A stretch of 10,535 nucleotides of DNA from Octopus sinensis. Its lineage: Eukaryota. The translations under genes were made by a program, and so were the position numbers. The DNA lies in assembly GCF_006345805.1 (NCBI RefSeq), contig NW_021827402.1, positions 1 through 10,535 on the forward strand, read 5' to 3'. Shown piece by piece: positions 6,901 to 10,535 of this stretch. Positions within the stretch are counted from its first letter, which is position 1. Every line of letters starts with the position of its first letter. Below the pieces are notes generated by a model that had not been told where the DNA came from, did no database searches, and saw nothing but the letters and a program-made list of their open reading frames with translations.

Positions 6901-6976
6901 GTATGATGGTAGCGTCTCTGTTGAAAATATCGGCTACACACACACACACACGCACATATATACATACATTATGTCG

Positions 6977-7025
<49 letters not shown>

Positions 7026-7029
<4 letters not shown>

Positions 7030-7441
7030 GCAGGAGTGGCTGTATGGTAAGTAGCTTGCTAACCAACCACATGGTTCCGGGTTCAGTCACACTGCGTGGC
7101 ATCTTGGGCAAGTGTCTTCTGCTATAGCCTCGGGCCGACCAAAGCCTTGTGAGTGGATTTGGTAGACGGAAACTGAAAGAAGCCTGTCGTATATATGTAT
7201 ATATATATGTATGTGTGTGTATATGTTTGTGTGTCTGTGTTTGTCCCCCCCCACCACCATTGCTTGACAACCGATGCTGGTGTGTTTACGTCCCTGTCAC
7301 TTAGCGGTTCGGCAAAAGACACCGATAGAATAAGTACTGGGCTTACAAAGAATAAGTCCCGGGGTCGATTTGCTCGACTAAAGGCAGTGCTCCAGCATGG
7401 CCGCAGTCAAAATGACTGAAACAAGCAAAAAAGTAAAAGAG
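7026..7441 (+). mobile_element. Full-length tRNA-derived SINE family A inserted in a (TA)n tract
   Basis: A-box-like tggctgtatggt, B-box-like gggttcagtc, CORE-like cttgggcaagtgtctt, an internal TA/TG microsatellite (~7190-7235) and an agtaaaagag tail. (TA)n on both sides. Confidence 0.92.
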
Positions 7442-7517
7442 TATATATATATATGGGTGTGTGTGTGTGTATGTATATATGTATGTATATATATATATAT
7501 ATGTATGTATGTATATG

Positions 7518-7600
7518 AATCATCCCCAGTTTTCCATGCTTGCATGGATCAGACACATTTTGTATGGCTGGGTGCCCTTCCTGTCGCCAACACTCACCTA
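7518..7600 (-). mobile_element. 3' fragment of a further SINE (family E)
   Basis: Minus strand gtgttggcgacaggaagggcacccagcc...ccatgcaagcatggaaaa..gatgat resembles a widespread invertebrate SINE motif, recognised from memory only. Confidence 0.5.
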
Positions 7601-7703
7601 GTTTCAAGTAATATTGTGACCATGCTCATACGAGTTTACTTGGTAGATCGGTGACACTTGCCTACTACCATTGCCAAAAGAGGCAAGGAGACAATAAAAC
7701 AAA

Positions 7704-7890
7704 CACTCACACACACGCGCGCGCGCATATATATATATATATTTATATATATATATATATACACATACATACACATACATATATATATATATACACACAC
7801 ATATATATATACGTATACATGCATATACATATGTGTATATCTACATATATAAGACACAGGTATATAAGCATACATATATCTGTGTGTGGG
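7704..7890. repeat. Mixed (CA)/(CG)5/(TA) low-complexity tract
   Basis: Direct inspection. Confidence 0.88.
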
Positions 7891-7894
7891 TATA

Positions 7895-8000
7895 ATAACC
7901 GATGTTGGTTTGTTTATATCCTTCTAACTTTGCGGTTCGGCAAAAGAGACCAATAGAATAAGTACCAGGCTTCAAAATAGGTGCTGGTGTCGATTATTTC
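7895..8000 (+). mobile_element. Diverged 3' half of SINE family A
   Basis: aaccgatgttggtttgtttatatccc..gcggttcggcaaaagagaccaatagaataagtacc matches 7269-7340. Confidence 0.75.
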
Positions 8001-8087
8001 ATTTCAATCCCATTATACTATGCTAAACAGATCCGGTAGAATGGCGGAGAAAAATGTCTTTTTGCATTTTTTAATTGCAGTTTTCTC

Positions 8088-8150
8088 ATGTTCAGGGTTT
8101 AAATTGTGCCAGGTTCAACTTAGCCGTTCGTCTTACGAGGATCAATATAA
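8088..8150 (+). mobile_element. Very degenerate SINE family B body fragment
   Basis: atgttcagggtttaaattgtgccaggttcaacttagccgttcgtcttacgaggatcaatat loosely aligns with acgttctgagttcaaattccgccgaggtcgactttgcctttcatccttccggggtcgataa. Confidence 0.35.
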
Positions 8151-8217
8151 CCGAATATATCTCTCGTTTAATTTATCATCTGTTCTGAAGTAGGATACAA
8201 TTTTTAAAAGTATATTT

Positions 8218-8757
8218 TTACGTTGTGAATTCAAATCACGCCGAGATTAATATTGCTTTTCATTCTTCTGGTGTCGATAAAATACCTATTTCTTTACTAC
8301 CCACAAGGGGCTAAACACAGAGAGGACAAACAAGGACAGACAAACGGATTAAGTCGATTATATCGACCCCAGTGCGTAACTGGCACTTAATTTATCGATT
8401 CCGGAAGGATGAAAGGCAAAGTCGACCTCGGCGGAATTTGAACTCAGAACGTAAGGACAGACGAAATACCTATTTCTTTGTTACCCACATGGGGCTAAAC
8501 ACAGAGAGGACAAACAAGGACAGACAAACGGATTAAGTCGATTATATCGACCCCAGTGCGTAACTGGTACTTAATTTATCGACCCCGGAAGGATGAAAGG
8601 CAAAGTCGACCTCGGCGGAATTTGAACTCAGAACGTAGCGGCCGACGAAATACGGCTACCAGGTGACCACTGATGTCAATGCCACACACTGACTGACCCC
8701 CACCACACACACACTAAAATTACTGGCCTTGTGTTTAAACGGGAAACCATTATTATA
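8218..8757 (+). mobile_element. Old plus-strand family B-related SINE (8218-8284 and ~8657-8757) split by a younger minus-strand dimer
   Basis: ttacgttgtgaattcaaatcacgccgag..cttttcattcttctggtgtcgataaaata resumes as taccaggtgaccactgatgtcaatg and ends ggccttgtgtttaaacgggaaaccattattat. Confidence 0.6.
8281..8658 (-). mobile_element. Head-to-tail dimer of a 184-bp family B SINE body
   Basis: Units 8281-8464 and 8465-8648 differ at 10 positions by my count. Each has a B-box-like gagttcaaattcc on the minus strand. aatac recurs at 8281, 8465 and 8649. Confidence 0.9.
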
Positions 8758-8807
8758 ATGACATAGTGGCCATGTTGTGGTATTTCTCTCCATATTAGTT
8801 TACAGTG

Positions 8808-9134
8808 GTGACCCCCTTCGGTCAGACACTGACCATGGGTTTGCACCTAGAGAGTTACCCTCTTATGCACAAGTCTGCGCAAGGTTGTTTCATGGAAGAT
8901 CAGCAGTCGCCCATGCATACCGGCCTCCCCCTCTCCACGCACCGATGTTGTCCAAGGGAAAGGCAAAGGGCCGATACAGCTTGGCACCATGTGACCTCGC
9001 AACTCATTTCTACAGCTGAGTGAACTGGAGCAACGTGAAATAAGTTGTCTACTCAGAACACAACACCAGCTCGGTCCGGGATTCGAGCTCACAACCTCAC
9101 GATCGTAAGCTCGACGCTCAAACCACTGAGCCAC
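8808..9134 (-). mobile_element. Uninterrupted SINE family C copy
   Basis: Minus strand gtggctcagtggtttgagcgtcgagcttacgatcgtgaggttgtgagctcgaatcccggacc... is colinear with 2068-2277 plus 2575-2683. Confidence 0.88.
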
Positions 9135-9519
9135 AGTACATACAGGAATTCCGTTTTAATTTTTGACTTGTTTTTTTAACCTTTACATTTGTTTCGTCCT
9201 TGTCTAAATATTTTATTTCGGTGTAGTTAGTTTCCTGTTTGTAGTTCATCATTTCCTCATATAGAAACGAAAGACATTTTGCTATGTCTTATTTTCTTCC
9301 TTGTTATGGTTTAACAGCTTCCTTTTACCTACTTCTCAGTATTTTCCTAGTCCTACTGTTGTTATTTTGTAGTAGTTTATTTTTATATATATATGTGTGT
9401 ATCGGCCCCACCCTCATTGCGTGCAGAATAGGTATATTTTATTTTATTCACCGTATCTGATGGCATAAATGACGCACCAACATAAAAGACTCACCCCAAA
9501 TTCAGCACCGCGTTTTCAG

Positions 9520-9642
9520 GAGATGAAATATTTTTGTGTTTTAAAGCTTATGGGAGACTCAACTTCGTTTATAGGACCTGGAGTGACTTTCTCCGACATA
9601 TCATTTGGGAAAAGAAATGCATCTTATATGCCATCGAATACG
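9520..9642 (+). CDS. Candidate 123-nt (or 96-nt from 9547) internal exon of an unidentified host gene
   Basis: Acceptors cgcgttttcag| (9520) and tttttgtgttttaaag| (9547), donor acg|gtatga. Both lengths are multiples of 3 and two frames are open. A unique, complex island between repeats. Confidence 0.35.
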
Positions 9643-9681
9643 GTATGACTTAGAGTCATGATTTTGAATGCTGTCAGAAGC

Positions 9682-10112
9682 TTTACTCTTACTCTTTACT
9701 CTCTTTACTCTTTTACTTGTTTCAGTCATTTGACTGCGGCCATGCTGGAGCACCGCCTTTAGTCGAGCAACACTCGACCCCGGGACTTATTCTTTTGTAA
9801 GCCCAGTACTTATTCTATCGGTTTCTTTTGCCGAACCGCTAAGTGACGGGGACGTAAACAACAACCAGCATCGGTAGTCAAGCATGCTAGGGGGACAAAC
9901 ACGACACACAAACATATACCCACACACTTATATATATATACATATATATGACAGGCTTCTTTCAGTTTCCGTCTACCAAATCCACTCACAAGGCTTTGGT
10001 CGGCCCGAGGCTATAGCAGAAGACACATGCCCAAGGTGCCACGCAGTGGGACTGAACCCGGAACCATGTGGTTGGTTAGCAAGCTACTTACCACACAGCC
10101 ACTCCTGCGCCT
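9682..10112 (-). mobile_element. Full-length SINE family A
   Basis: Reverse complement starts aggcgcaggagtggctgtgtggtaagtagc and ends in (gagtaaa)-type tail repeats. Six mismatches to the 7026 copy over the first ~165 nt. Confidence 0.93.
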
Positions 10113-10355
10113 GATTTTTTTTTTCTATTTAAGGCCGGCTTTTAACTAACCAGTTTATAATATTGATGTAATTTATAACTGTGATGACCAGCTTATTAAA
10201 TCCTATTATCTTGTCTCTAGCATTGGATTAATTATTTTTTTTTAGAATATTAATCTGACTCTTCCTTAAAATTTTTTTTTTGCCAATAATGGCTAAGATG
10301 TGATCCCATATTCCTCGAAACTCTGGAATTCTCGTAATAAGGCAGTGAAAGACGT

Positions 10356-10475
10356 TATTCACACCATATAGAAAAAATTAAATATACTATAAAAAACATT
10401 ATTTTAAAAATCAATAAAGTACATAAACCATAAATAGTTTTTTTATAGTATATTTAAAACATTTTCTATATGGTG

Positions 10476-10481
<6 letters not shown>
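10356..10481. mobile_element. MITE-like hairpin with ~42-bp imperfect terminal inverted repeats, TA at both ends
   Basis: tattcacaccatatagaaaaaattaaaatatactataaaaaac (10356-10397) versus gtttttttatagtatatttaaaacattttctatatggtgtgaata (10437-10481). Confidence 0.6.

Positions 10482-10527
<46 letters not shown>
10480..10527. repeat. (TA)n microsatellite
   Basis: Direct inspection. Confidence 0.97.
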
Positions 10528-10531
<4 letters not shown>

Positions 10532-10535
10532 ATCA

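Noticed and set aside
6287-7956. Numerous Y/I/C/V-rich ORFs
   Set aside because: TA/CA/TG repeat and SINE translations.
9290-9440. Cluster of acceptor-like pyrimidine tracts ending in AG, and aatag|gtatat
   Set aside because: T-rich background produces these by chance; no coherent open exon with a matching donor.
9488-9680. Minus-strand exon ending at strong donor ggg|gtgagt (~9494)
   Set aside because: All three frames from the plausible upstream acceptors contain stops; it could only be UTR or a very short exon.
10293-10330. gctaagatgtgatcccatattcctcgaaac as another Penelope-type hammerhead
   Set aside because: The core CUGANGA is absent and no stem I or cleavage triplet can be built.

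Overview
Repeat-saturated, AT-rich eukaryotic genomic DNA, probably intronic. I infer a coleoid cephalopod (Octopus-like) from the microsatellite density and the tRNA-derived SINE families; this was not database-verified. Nearly all supplied ORFs are microsatellite or SINE artefacts. Supported content: (1) several tRNA-derived SINE families, labelled A-E here, including nested, chimeric and tandem copies; (2) two different 5'-truncated R4/Dong-clade LINE remnants encoding the restriction-like endonuclease C-terminus, stacked with a 543-bp non-coding element inside (ATT)n tracts at 4091-5745; (3) a ~400-bp foldback element (1223-1625) whose arms each carry a minimal hammerhead-ribozyme-like fold typical of Penelope-like element terminal repeats, with a non-canonical core; (4) a TA-flanked MITE-like hairpin (10356-10481); (5) a 14-copy ~32-bp minisatellite and many simple repeats; (6) a few short unique islands with splice signals that may be host-gene exons. 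I do not recognise that gene, and its strand is ambiguous.
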